Below are positions 1 to 12,591 of a stretch of DNA of 53,248 bases, piece after piece. Source of the stretch: Rhizaria sp. SCN 62-66 (Eukaryota); NCBI GenBank assembly GCA_001724265.1, contig MEDY01000199.1, forward strand, positions 1 to 53,248, read 5' to 3'. The stretch's first letter is position 1; each line of letters begins with the position of its first letter. The notes beneath the pieces were generated by a model, which was given only the letters and a program-made list of their open reading frames with translations, made no database searches and was not told where the DNA came from. A program made the position numbers and the translations under genes.

Positions 1-36
<36 letters not shown>
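1..36. repeat. (CA)n microsatellite, truncated by the window edge
   Basis: Perfect CA dinucleotide run from base 1. Confidence 0.95.
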
Positions 37-40
<4 letters not shown>

Positions 41-647
41 ATGCGACATACTGACCGTGAGCAGAAGTCAGATGAGAGTGACTGTGCTAATTGTAAGTTT
101 CGTTTGATTTGTTGGTTTTCAGTGCGAAGTTGATTTCAGTGTCTATGAGTCTATTTTAAGATTTTTAGAGTGTATATTATGAGTTGGTGTCATCTAATGT
201 CTTAGATTCTGCACAACCGTCGATATGTATGGCCAGTGTTGCTACTGCGACACAAATATTTGTTGCGTCGTGGAGACACAGCAAACACACAATCTTAGAG
301 GTATATAATGCTTTCTTTGTTTATCAATCTTCTTTAATTTTATTTCATTCACGCCAAAGTATGGGCGCTATTGCAACATATTATATCATACTAACTCTTC
401 CCAGAAGCTTTGCTCCTCTGATTTAACATAACACATCCTAGAATTCTTAAGCATCGTTATATATACACACTCGTCACATGACGTCACGACCTCCGCCTTT
501 AAGAAACGACTCATAATAACTCATCTTATTGACACAGTTCAAGTTCACTCCAGCTTAGCTACTCACGTTCTCACACATGTGACAACCGTAGAGCTTCATT
601 GCCTTGGAGTGGGCTTCATTGATGCGACTTAACTTCCCCTGTCGGGC

Positions 648-3152
648 TTAGAGGTCGCCACAGAGCTTCTTGAGCTCCTTGAGCTTGGCGTCAACCTTGG
701 GCTTGTCCTCCGGCCCCGCAGCCTCCTCCTCGGCCATCCGCTCCTCTTCCTCCCGCAGGGTGTTGTACACCTTGGCCGCAGCCTCCTCGGTCATGAGCAG
801 CTTCTTCCGGTTCTCGGGACCGAACTTGCTCAGCATCGCGAGGATGTACCCTTCAAGCGCGTTGACAGACACGGCCGTCTCGGCCACAGCCTTGTCGTGG
901 GCCACCATCAGCCGGTACTGAGCCTCGGCCTTAAGCAGCCCCGCCTCGGTCAGGTTCCACGGGTAGTAGCCGTACACAGGCATGTCAACACGGCTTAGTT
1001 TCTTGCCACTGGCGGCGTTCTGCGCGTTGTAGGCCGTGAGGGCCGGGTTAGCAACGTCCAACATGGTCTGGGCAGAGAGCACGCTCAACAGACCGGAGCC
1101 ATCGACCTAAAACGCAGTGAAATACCACACACGGGATTTGAAGCAGATGATGTGAGTTTGATGATCTAAACATGACGTGAAGTTTAATAAGCTGTGCATT
1201 ACATGTTCAGATATAGTTTGAGTTCACGGATCAAACATTATGGGTGATATATAGAACATTTTGTTTGTTTTGCAAGTGCTTGCTGCGATGGCAACGTACC
1301 TTGATCTTGAGCTTGATCTTAAGGTCACTGGCGGCCGGGTCGAAGATCTCGACCGGGAGCTTCGCCGCGGCGTCTGTGGGCGCCGTGATGGCGAAGCGCG
1401 CGATGTACGGGTGCGTGGGTGGGCGGTTGGCGGCGTCGGTGTAGCGCACTGCCAGCTGCAGCGGCAGCGCGGTCTCGCGGATGGTGAGGATCTTGACCGA
1501 GGGGATCGGCGCCTGGGGCGGGTAGAGTCCAATGCTCTCGTCCATGCTGCAGACGGGGAGTGTTCCGGTGACCGGACCGGAAGGGTCGTGCTTCCACTCG
1601 GCCGTGATCGGGAACGACGTCACCTCCTGCCGGTGACGAGATTAAACAAAAAAAACAAAGACATTGAGACATAGATGAGAGCTGCTTCATGAAAAACAAA
1701 CATTAAGAGGAATAATACCATTTGTTGTGCTTTAGTTTCATTTCACACAATTTAGATAGTGTTATTCGTTCTAAACGCGCATTAACAGATAATCGATAAG
1801 AACGCACCTGGACCTCGTAGGGCTTGACTTTGAATTGCGGGACGAGCATCGCACAATGCAGCGTGGCGCCCCAGCAGACGGACTCATCCGCGTCGCAGGT
1901 CTTGGAGACCTCGCGGCCAAACACGGCGCGGATGAGCGACTGTACGTACGGCACACGAGTACCGCCGCCTAGGAGTTCTAGCGAGTGCAGCTGGTCGAGC
2001 GAAGTATTGGCGGCCTTAACAGCGCGCTCCAGCGGCGCCAGGAGACGGTCGCGGAAGTTGTCCTTGATGAGGGCTTCGAATTCCTCGCGTGTGACGACGC
2101 CCTTGACGTCGGTATCGTTCATGAGGTACTCGATGGTGTAGGGCGCCGAGGTGTTAGCCGAAAGCACTTGCTTGAGCCGGTCGCACTCCTTGCGCAGCTT
2201 GAGCACCGCGCGCGTGTTGGTCCACACGTCGAGCTTGTACCGCTGCTTGATGTCCTCCGCGAGCTTGACCACGAGCAGCTCGTCGAAGTCGCGCCCGCCG
2301 AGCCTGTGATCGGACTCGATCGCGAGCATCTTGAGGTCCGCCCCGCTGATGCTCACCACGGCCACGTCGGTCGAACACACGCCGATGTCGTAGAAGGCAA
2401 TCACGCGGCGCTCAGTGTCGCTCGTAAAGGTGCGCCGCATGCCGTACTGCGTGGCCACGCACGTCAGGTCGTTGACGAGGCGCAGCACGTTGAGGTTCGC
2501 CATGCGCGCCGCGTCGAACATCGCGCGGCGCCTGAAGAAAGATACCAAAGAATGTATAGATAGAGTGTGTTAGTGATGAAACTGCTTGATGATAGAGATA
2601 TTCACATATAGTATGTCTGCATAACGTTTGGATTTGATTCAAGACTGTTAACGTAGCAATATGTGTCATTTTGTAATATTTCTTCAAGACGTACTGCGTG
2701 TCGTTGAAGTAGTGGGGCACTGCGATGACACAGTCGTTGATGGCGAAGTCGGTGACCGAGGCGACGCACGTTTGCTTGATCTTGGCGAGCAGCGTGGCAA
2801 CGACTTCCTCGGGCGTGACGACGACGTCCTTGTCGAGGTGGCGGACGGCGATGGCGACGCGCCCGTCAGCGTCAGGCACCAGCTTCGCGGGGATGAACTT
2901 CTGCTCGTGCGCGACGTCGGGGTCTGAGAACCACTTGCCGATGATGCGCTTAATGTAAACGACGGTGTTGGCCGAGTTGGAGAGGTAGTGGCTGATGGCG
3001 TCATCGGCCACGAAGCGCTGACGCGCGTGGTACGAGACCATCGCGCGTGTCTTGCGCTTGCCGATCTCGTTCTGGAGTACGTCGATGGTGTTGTTGCGGA
3101 AGGCCGCCACAGTCAGCGACTCGTCGCCGAAGTCGAGGCCAAACACGCTCAT
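648..3152 (-). CDS. SSE1: Hsp110/SSE-type Hsp70-family chaperone (nucleotide exchange factor), ~655 aa, 4 exons
   Basis: Exons 3152-2695, 2531-1808, 1626-1300 and 1106-648 join in frame through GT..AG introns. Motifs: N-terminal MSVFGLDFGD, VIAVPHYFNDTQRRAMFDAA, LGGRDFD, ELLGGGTRVP, DESVCWGA and C-terminal NALEGYI, which fit the Hsp110 subfamily. Confidence 0.88.
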
Positions 3153-3908
3153 GCTGCGGTGGGGGTGCGCGGGCGGAAAACGGGCGTTGCGGGGGGCCGG
3201 GGAGCGATTTGGGGGTGCTGGGGGGAGGGGAGTTGTTGAGAGTGGGCTCTGGGAAGGAGGTAGAGGATTGTCGGGGGAGATAGACCGTTTGAAGAGTGTG
3301 AATATTATTAAGGTTTAGGCGTAGTCATGTGATATATGCATGCGTGGCGGTTTCTTGGCTGGACATCGGTGTGAATCAGGGGAGTTGATTGGAACGATGG
3401 TGTCAGTCTGGGTGGGGGAAACACTGGGTGAGGCGACGAAACATCATCGCAGAAACAGCACCTAGCATCATTCAGTGATTCGATAAAAAGATCACGTGCA
3501 CCAGAAACGCAAGGCAGTTCTATTTTTCGCTGCGTTATGCACCTTGACGACGTTTTCAGCGCCCTAGCCCATGTCAAATATCGCCAGACCGTTTGTCACT
3601 ATTCGAGAGCAGAGCCGGTTGCATTCGTGGTTAGCTGGCTTGCTGCTCACGGTCACTCCCCCAGCCAAAGCTCTGAAGCAGAGAGGCGTTGACTTGTGGG
3701 ATCCAATGTGAGTTCTTATGACCGTTATTTGATTCACCGCTTTAGTACAAGAAGCTATCCGAATATGTATATTGGGATATTTATCAATCAATTTCTGAAG
3801 TGCCACTCTTTGTGCCCTGCTGGCCTCGTCTAGTTCCTCCTTCACTCACCTCACTGAGCCCACCTGCACCACTCTTCTTCCCCTTGCTCTTGCCCCGTAA
3901 ACAGAGTG

Positions 3909-4680
3909 ATGAAGGTTTTCACCCTTTTGGCTGCTTTCATTTGTGTGATTGCGCTGTGGGTCTCCACCTCCACTGCCTCGACCGCTGAGGTACGTTCTCT
4001 AAGCAACTCTTATATCTCTCGTCTTTCCTAACTTGCCTTACCCAACGCTCTCCACGTTTCCTCCATCTCTGCTATGTTTCCCAAACGCCCGATCATTCAC
4101 TTCTCTCACATACCAACGTCAATTTTGTTTGATTTTGTGCTGCCTCAGGTTGTGCACCGCATTGATGCCGAACACTTCGCGCAGTACATGCGCCAGCTCC
4201 TCACCGAGGAGGAGGTACGTTCATCCCACTCCAACCAAACACTTTAAACGCACATATCTCGCCATAATATGACTGAATTGGGTCAAAACTTCACATGATT
4301 ATATGAAGCAAATTTCTATATATTCTTTATGAAATGTACCTTCCAATAATCTCGACTTCATATGCTCACCAATTATTCCTTTGTTCTTGTTCATCTCTTG
4401 CCTCCTGTAGCTCGCCGCGGCCTCCGAGGTCGACATCGACTCGATCGCCGCCACCTCTTTCCTCCAGCTCTCGACCTCGATCGGCGCCTCGGCCTCGGAC
4501 CCTGATCCGGCGGTCAACGGCCCCGGCGCGGGCGCGTCGACGGCCGGCGCCAACGGCGGCACCAACGGCGGCCCTTCCCCGTCCGCCGCCACCGGCACCG
4601 CCGACGCCAACGCGCAGAACCCCGAGCGGTGCCGTCGCCTGCTTAACACCTGGCTTGGTAAGTGCGTCTTTGCCGTCTAA
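3909..4680 (+). CDS. Small secreted protein / putative prepropeptide, 138 aa, 3 exons
   Basis: Exons 3909-3989, 4149-4214 and 4411-4680 with phase-0 GTACGT..AG introns; not in the ORF track as one gene. Signal peptide MKVFTLLAAFICVIALWVSTSTA, acidic region, SFLQ, Gly/Ala linker, C-terminus ERCRRLLNTWLGKCVFAV*. Confidence 0.8.
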
Positions 4681-5301
4681 GCGCACGAGCGCGCGTTCAG
4701 CAGTCAGGGTAAGGGTAGCGCCGCCCGTCTAAGTGGGTACTTAGAGGGAGCTGCATGTGGAGAGATGAGAGATGGGTCTAAGCGTGGTGTGTCCCGACTA
4801 CGTGGGATATATTGGGGAAGGTAGAACTTAGACTTGGTGCGCTAAAGTGTTTCATATGAGACTGTAACTCTGCTAAGCTGTGCCGGAGCAACTGTTTAAC
4901 AGATAACTATTCACAACAAGCTTTTGATGCAGAGCTCCTCACAATGATATGACAGTATGAATACACATGTTATTTAGTTTTTGACAAGATCAAACAATGC
5001 CAACACATTCTTTCGTCTGATAATGCGTTCCTGGCTCCACGCTTGTCTCAAAAGAGACTGACATAATGAGTGTGCATTCTGACGTGGTAAATAAGCATTA
5101 AACCTTGCGGATTTCGGGGATAACTACATGAAACTACTTTATTAAACGAATATACACTGTCAATACCTTTATATATCACCCATGTGAAAAAAACAAACGG
5201 ACCATTTTACACACCGAATTTATGCTGACCAACGACGAGTGACGCGTTACACCGAACCCATCACAGAATCCATAGCGGCCTAACTTCCCGTCGCCCAGCG
5301 C

Positions 5302-6846
5302 TCAGCGGCGCATCATGTGCGGCGGCGGCGGCGGCGGCGCCAAACCCATCCCGCCCATCCCCGGCGGCGGCGGCGGCGGCGGCACGCCAGCGAAGCCAAA
5401 GCCACCGGGACCGGGGGGGCCGGCCATATGCGGCAGCGGCGGCGGCGGCGGGGCAAAGCCGCCGCCACCCATCATGGGCATGGGCATGGGCATAGGGGGC
5501 CCTCCGCCCATCGGCGCACCGCGGCCGCCGAAGCCGGGGGGCGGGGGCGGCGGCGCATAGCCACCTCCCATCGCTCCAGGGCCCATCTGACCTGGCATTT
5601 GGCCGGGCATTTGACTGGAGCCGAAGCCGGGCGGCGGCGGCGGCGGTGGGGCGCCGCCACTGCTGCCGCCAGAGGCGAAGAATGACGGCGGCGGCGGCGG
5701 CGGGGCGGTGACGCCTGCGTAGCCCTGTGGCGCGACCGCGCCCCCGCCCCCGTAGTATGGGGCGGCCGGCGGGGGCGCGAACTGACCGTGGGCGCCATGC
5801 GTACCGGGACCCGGGTACTGACCGTGGGCGCCATGCGCACCGGGGGCGCCCAGTCCCGGCGCGGCCGTGGCGGCGCTGACAGCCATATTTCCGCCGAACG
5901 CGGTGCTCACAGCCCCGCCGGCGGCGGCGCCGCGCGCGCCGGGGTACGTGTTGCCCCTGAGCCCGTCGTTGGTGCCGACGTAGGCGAGCTCGGAGATGGA
6001 CGGCGCCGCGATGCGCATGTGCATAGTGCGCGTCGCCGCTGCCAGTAGGCGCTCCGCTTGGCTGCCGTGGCGCTCGCCAGACCCGACCGCGCCGCTGCTG
6101 CTGCTGCTGCTGCTGCTGCTGTCTTTGAAGGCGTAGGCGACCGTGATGGGCTTGGAGAGCACGTACTGACCGTTCATGGCGTTGATGGCGGCGTCGGCGC
6201 TCTCGAACGAGTCGTAATTGAGAAACGCCGAGCCGCGCGACGCGCCCGTCTCGGCATCACGGAGGACGGCGACGGACAGCAGCGCGCCGAACGAGTTGAA
6301 GATCTCCGAGAGCATCGGCTCGTCGGCGTTGTGGTCGAGGTTGCCGATAAAGACCTTGGCCTGCCAGCCCTGTGCGTCGCGCGTGTCACGGTCTTCCTGG
6401 CGCGCGCGCGAGATGCGCAACATCTTACCGAAGAGCTTGACCGTGTTGAGCACGCGGATCGCGTAGTCCGCGTCCTCGGGGGTCGCGAACTCGCAAAAGG
6501 CGTAGTGCTGGTTCTCCGTGGTGACCTTGTCGCGCGGCATGATGAGGTTGAGAACAGGGCCCGCCTGGACCATGAGTTCCCACACGAGCTCCTCGGTCGC
6601 CTGCTTGTCTAAGTTGCCCACGTACACCGTCGCCTCAGGGTTCCTAGAGAGCGCAAATAAAGGCAAAACATGAATCAGGAAGACAATTATATATATGTTA
6701 AAGTGAATGATACTCTACTGAAGTTTTATTGCAAGCGGGCTTGGTATACATGAAAAATATGGAGTTATGCGATGGCTGTTGTGGAAGACGTACTTGAGGT
6801 GGTAGGTGACGACACCGGCACCAGGGTTGTTCTGAGCAGAAAGCAT
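5302..6846 (-). CDS. SF3B4: Splicing factor 3B subunit 4 (SAP49/Hsh49): two RRMs and a Pro/Gly-rich tail
   Basis: Exons 6846-6794 and 6643-5302. NPEATVYVGNLD..LVWELMVQAGPV..MPRDKVT..DADYAIRVLNTVKLFGK; second RRM with AMNGQYVLSKPITVAYAFK and GERHGSQAERLLAA. Confidence 0.95.
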
Positions 6847-7951
6847 TTTGTTTCACAAAGCAAGGACTACTGTGGTATTCACAACAAGTATCTGATGCTA
6901 TTGCTGACGGTCGCTACTTCAGGGTTGTCTTAACTGTTGCAGAGAACAGGAAGGAACCAGAACCTGAGTTTGAGCTTGGACAACGGACTTGCTGTCGCTA
7001 TAGATGTCTAGCGGGCGGAAAGCACGGTTATTCAAAACAGCACCACACGTAACAAGTAGAAAAAGACGTTGTCTACGTGGGAGCTAAGCGGTGGGTCGTG
7101 AGAGCTGTGTTACCTAGCACAAGAGAGCTTTGTGGAGGCCACAGCGAGGGAGCTTTGCACTGCGGGGAGCGCGTGTTTTGTCGCAGAAAATTACGTGGGT
7201 AGCACGCTATTCGCAGTCGTTAAAGTGGGATAAATAGACTTTTCGTGTCACGAAAAGCGTTCTGAGTGGTATATCTGACCAGTCAACGATCAGATCGTAT
7301 CTCCCGAGGAGTGTCGACATCAGTCGCACAGTGCGGTCCCCTCAGTGCGCCACTTTCCGTTGGCAAGAGCAATCAAGACGAGACTTGGCTTCATACTTGT
7401 ACAACGTCGTAAAGACACCACCATATGACTTAAGCTTGCGTTGACGTGAATTTCACGAGTTTGTCATTGATTAAAATCCATTTATTTGGCTCTGTTGCGA
7501 TAACTACATCTCCGTATTCAACTAAAATGACAGGCCACGTCGTCGCACTTGAAGGGCCAGATGCCGAACTTTTTTGAGGCAGATACTATGCTGTAAGCAG
7601 CGCGTACAAGTGACTGCTAAAATGGTTTTACGAACAAAAACTCTCTTAATATTGTGGTTTTTGCGTCAACTTACGTGTTTAGCCTGGTTTATACCACTTT
7701 TTAGCGTCTGCTGTCACCCCCTCCTCAACTTCGCTTCGCTCCTTTCCTCAGCTCTATTTGTCTGCACACTCCGCTTTCCCCTTTTTTTTACCGTCTGTCT
7801 ACACACTTATCTTAATTGCACCTGCTATTTACACGATGCTATTACTGTTGAACGTGCACCTCACTTTTTCCCATGCCACGGCGCCTCTTAATACTCCGTA
7901 TTCGTCTCCATATTCGCATCGTCGCACAACAATTGCCTAGACACACCGCCA

Positions 7952-9718
7952 ATGCTGAGCCCGCGCGTGCTCCTCGTACTGGCCTGCGCCGTTCTCGCCC
8001 TCGCGGGCACTTGCACGGCTTTTATTAACACGGCGGACATGACACACTCGCTGCCGTACGATCACGCCAACGTCTCCCGCGGCCGCTTCATGCACGTCTT
8101 CCGTGGCTCCACCACCAAGCCCACGGACAATGCCTTTGTGTTCGTCAACGACGCCGACTCGCTGACGTTCGACGTCGCCACCAACGCGCCCGCATCGATC
8201 TTTTCCACGTACCAAGCCCGCTTCAACGCGTCCTTCTTCTTCATCCCCTTGCGCTTCCACCAGGCCTCGACGGGCGTGCCCCCGTTCGAGCACCGCGACA
8301 CCGTACACATGGAACACATGGTCAACGACCTCCACGTGCTCCTCACCGAGCACGACATTCTCAAGAAGATCCCCAAGATTGTTCTCGTCGGCACCGGCCG
8401 CGGCGGCGCTGTGGCGGCCCACTACCGCGCTCTCTATGCGACGCTCAACAGGCGCGTTCTGGGCGCCTTCGTCGACACTCCGCATATGAGGAAGCTCACT
8501 TACTCGAGGATCTTCTCGCCTCCTTCTGGTGTCTCTGCCGATTGCACGGGAGCTATTGCCTCCGCTATCAAGGTATGTCTGTCATCAAGAATCAGTCAGT
8601 CCTTGGAATCCTACAACAACTGTCATGCTCACAACGCAGTGACTCGAAGTTCCAATTGCTATCTCTCATGCATCACTGCCCCATTTCTTGTTATACAACG
8701 CTTGCATGTCTATTTATGTATCTATTTATGTAGGACATCGACAACACCCTGCGCCAGGACACGACACCCGAGTCCGGCGCCGTCCTCAAGCAGAAGTTCA
8801 ACCTGTGCGCCGCCCCCCCCATCGGCATGACCGCGGTCGAGCGCGCATTCTTCTGGTTCCAGCTCTCGTACCCGATCGCGCGCTATATGCACTCGCCACA
8901 CTCAATGTACGCCAACACACCGCGCAGCCCCGACGCCATCTGCGAGCGCTTCACCATGAAGGATAACGTGACAGAGCTCGCGGCGGTGCACAAGGTGATG
9001 CGGTGGAACCCCGCCTCGTGTCTCGACGTCGACATGAACTCGGCGCTCACCACGGGTCCCGTGCTCGACCTCTTCCAGGTGCGTTTCCCTCGATCTTCCA
9101 CTGCAAGAACTCACCATGTTGTTGTGTAACTTGACAGCGACATTTTGCAATATAACACGACGTTCAAGTGGAATATGAAACTTTACTTGTAGATAACATG
9201 ATAAATTACCATTTCTTTAGCCACAATCTGTAAGGCACGTGATGTTAACGCCGACAAAATGAGTTCCTCACACCTATGCACATTTTTTGTAATTGTAACA
9301 GGGTTCCGAGATCGCGTACTCTTGCTCTGGTGGCCTCGCAATCCCCACGACCGACGGCATCTACTCCCCGTTCGCCCCCTACGCGATCTCCCGGGACTTG
9401 TACGACGACGTCTGTCGCCTCTACCTCGGCCCCAAGTTCAGCATCGCGACCGCGTCCGCCGCGGCCGACCGCATCGAGCGCAACCTGGGCTCCAACACGC
9501 ACTACACGGGTAGCCACGTGTTCTTCGTGCGGTCCTCGGCTGACCCGCTGGCCGAGGCCGCGGACATCTACGTGCCCGAGCCCGTCAATACGCTGGTACG
9601 GACCAGCACGATCCGCGGGTACGCTTTCCGCGCGCCAGAGGCCACGGACTCAACGGAGCTGCGCGAAATCAAGCGCAAGATCTCCGTCTTCGTCGACAAG
9701 CTCTTCACAGCGGCGTAA
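7952..9718 (+). CDS. Secreted peptidase family S28 (PRCP/DPP7/TSSP-like) homologue, probably catalytically inactive, ~460 aa, 3 exons
   Basis: Exons 7952-8572, 8734-9078 and 9302-9718. Signal peptide; IPLRFHQAS (~LEHRYYGKS), EHMVNDL (~EQALADL), LVGTGRGGAVAAHYRALY (~FGGSYGGMLAAWFRLKY), LKQKFNLC, VFFVRSSADPL (~IIFSNGxxDPW). Confidence 0.75.
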
Positions 9719-10656
9719 GCGAACGTTCACTCACGCGCTGAGTTGGCAATCACTCTTCGTCAATAGTCGCGAGTGATCAGATGCGCCAAACGTCTTTCAT
9801 TCTGCAATGGTTACGCGAACAATATGAAGTTGACTTCATGTATTCGCAATTCATTTATAACAAGTCTTTTGACTTTCGTACTTGCTTTTTTGTTTTCTGT
9901 TGATGAGTTCTTGTTCGTTAATTTGTTCTTTGGGCTTATGAAGAAGAAATATTGACAGGAGGAGTATGATGCAGCATTTTACTATGGTTATTAGTTCTTA
10001 GACGATACCAGTAGTGCTTTCGTATTCTTTTTGAGCTGTTTTGTGTTATTTTGCGGTGATGTCATAATATTATGTTGTCAAACGCATAATATATATGTTT
10101 AGGCAATCATGTCGCATAGCTCAGTCTTTATTTCAAACGTACGCTTATGGAACAACCCACGAACTCATGACACATATAGTACAGCTCGACGTGCGCTGTA
10201 CACATTTGATGGGGCTTTTGTGCTGTCGTTTTGTGTGCGACAATCTATAGCTTCACCCTTTCAAGTCTTTTTGCTGCTATGGTCGCTGGGCTTGTTAGCT
10301 GTTTGTTCTGTTTGTTAGCGTCTTGGACAATCGAACTTGTGGGTATCCTGTCCTCAGTCACTTGTCTCCTTGGATATTCCAAAGCAAAGCGTTTGCTGTT
10401 TTAACTCATAGCCACACCTTTATATGCGCAACCTAAAATTGAGACTTGTTGCTACATAATAAATATGATATTGTGAGCGAAACTTGTGCATATGTTGATC
10501 AGAGTCTTTCTGACCAACAGTCCGACTGCATAACTATTTTATCGGTCCTGTCTGTCGGACGGACGGCCGCAGCCGCCGGACCTTTTTGTAAGCCGCGGAG
10601 TTGGATGCCGAAAGACGACGGTTTTGAGCCCCTAGTTTCGCTTGAAAACATCCGAC

Positions 10657-11732
10657 ATGAGTTACCGTGGTAGCTTTTCCGGCGGTCCTCGTCCCGGTTA
10701 TTCTGGCGGCTCTCGTACGTTTTCTTATCCGATGCGCATATCCCTCCCAATTCCCCCACTCCGTAACCCCATCACCCTCCCAGCACACTCGGCCCGCTTC
10801 TTCCTCTTGCTTCCCTGCTGCACCCCGCAAAAATTCAGTTTATTTCTGCAACTGAACTCCAGCTTCTGTCTCACATATTCCTATCTATCTATCAACATTT
10901 AACTCTATTATTGCGTTGCCTTCCTCTGCATCCTCGCCCGCTGCCAACGCTCGCGTCTCGCTGTCCCGTTGTTTCTCTCCTCAGGCGGCGGCTACGGCGG
11001 CGGCGGCGGCGGCGGTGGCGGCTACGGCCGCGACGACGGCCCGCCCGCCGAGGTGGTGGAGCTGGGCGTGTTTATGCATACGTGCGAGGACGAGCTGGTG
11101 TGCCGCTCGACGCACGACAAGATCCCCCACTTCTCCGCCCCAATCTATCTGCAGAACAAGAACAAGATCGGTCGCATCGACGAGATCCTCGGCCCCATCA
11201 ACGAGGTCTACTTTACCGTCAAGCTCGAGCCCGGCGTCAAGGCCGCGTCGTTCGAGAAGGAGCAGAAGGTCTACATCGGCTCAGACAAGCTCCTCCCGGC
11301 TTCGCGCTTCACCCAGCCCCAGGTACGCCTCACGCAACTCACCCCACAACATATCTGACATTAAAGATCTCTGCATACCGAAATATTCATTTTAGATGTT
11401 GTTTCAATTTCTATTGTTCACATTATATTTACGTTTTATCTCACAACTCCTCTACCTTTGTGCTCTATGCTTTCATTCTTGTTCCTCTTCGCTTTTCCCT
11501 CTCTTCTCAGGCTTCCAGCGGTGGCCGCAAGGGCGCTGCCGGCCCCGGCGGCCGCGGCGGCGCGCGTGGCGGCCGCGGCGGCTTCGGTGCCCCCCGTGGC
11601 GGCCGTGGCGGCTTTGGCGGCGGCCGCGGTGGCTCGTTCGGCGCGGGCGGCCGCGGCGGTGCCCCCCCGCGTGGCGGCTTCGGCGGCGCCCGCGGCGGCG
11701 GCGGCGCCCGCGGCGGCCGTGGCCGTGCGTAA
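10657..11732 (+). CDS. GAR1: H/ACA snoRNP subunit Gar1, 3 exons
   Basis: Exons 10657-10714, 10985-11322 and 11511-11732. Core GPPAEVVELGVFMHTCEDELVC..KIPHFSAPIYLQNKNKIGRIDEILGPINEVYFTVK..KLLP, flanked by Gly/Arg-rich (RGG) regions. Confidence 0.96.
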
Positions 11733-12591
11733 AGACCCGACAGGCTTTGCGCAGCGCAGCAGTCATTATGCATGCATTGGAACAACACGGCAATGAATGC
11801 CGTATCGCAGCAGCCGCACGAGCGACACAACACAGAACAGATTTCTGTTTAGCTGCTCAAGCGAGCGCAATGCAGAGCGTTTCGCGTTGCTGTGGTCGAG
11901 CTGACGTGGGGTTTCAGTGCAGCTACACACCGTATAATCACGCTTCGAGGGCCTGTTGAGCCGCAGTGTCCACTCTGCTCCTGTATCTATCCCTACAAGG
12001 AGCAAAGATAGCTAGCATGCGAACTTTGACGTCTTTATCAGCAACTCTAGGCTTGATTTGGGATCGAGAGTCGATGCTAGCTGTTGATATTGCTATTAGT
12101 GCCAACGGCTATGATACCAACGCAAACACGCATTTGCACTTGCTCACAACTTTAGGCTGCTTAAGCTAAATCCAACCAGTAGTTTCGTGTTGTGCGTTTC
12201 GTTTGGTGTTGTTGGAAGTGTGTGAGTACAAACACATGGTTTACAAAGTTTCTTTCTTCAATCATATATTAATTACATACGATAGATGTACAAAATATAC
12301 TCAACAAATACAACAAATAAAACACATGATAAACAACTTCAAAAGCAACGACAATTCGTGCAACGACAACAATTAATGTACTGCTAATCAGCATCGATAT
12401 TTTCTCACATATATTTGAGAAGTGAGTACAGTTTTTGTATTGTGCGCGCTTTTATCCGAAATGAACGAGATGTGAATTAAATAGACAGCTATGACTGTTT
12501 CCCAGGCTTTTGATGTTCCTGTCTCAGTCAATGCGAGATTGTGCTGTTGTTTCAGCACTTGAAAAGGCTACTTAGACTCGACTAAGAGAAA

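Noticed and set aside
3564..3845. 93-aa minus-strand ORF between Hsp110 and the peptide gene
   Set aside because: GTG start, no GC3 bias, no recognisable motif, and it lies in a divergent promoter region.
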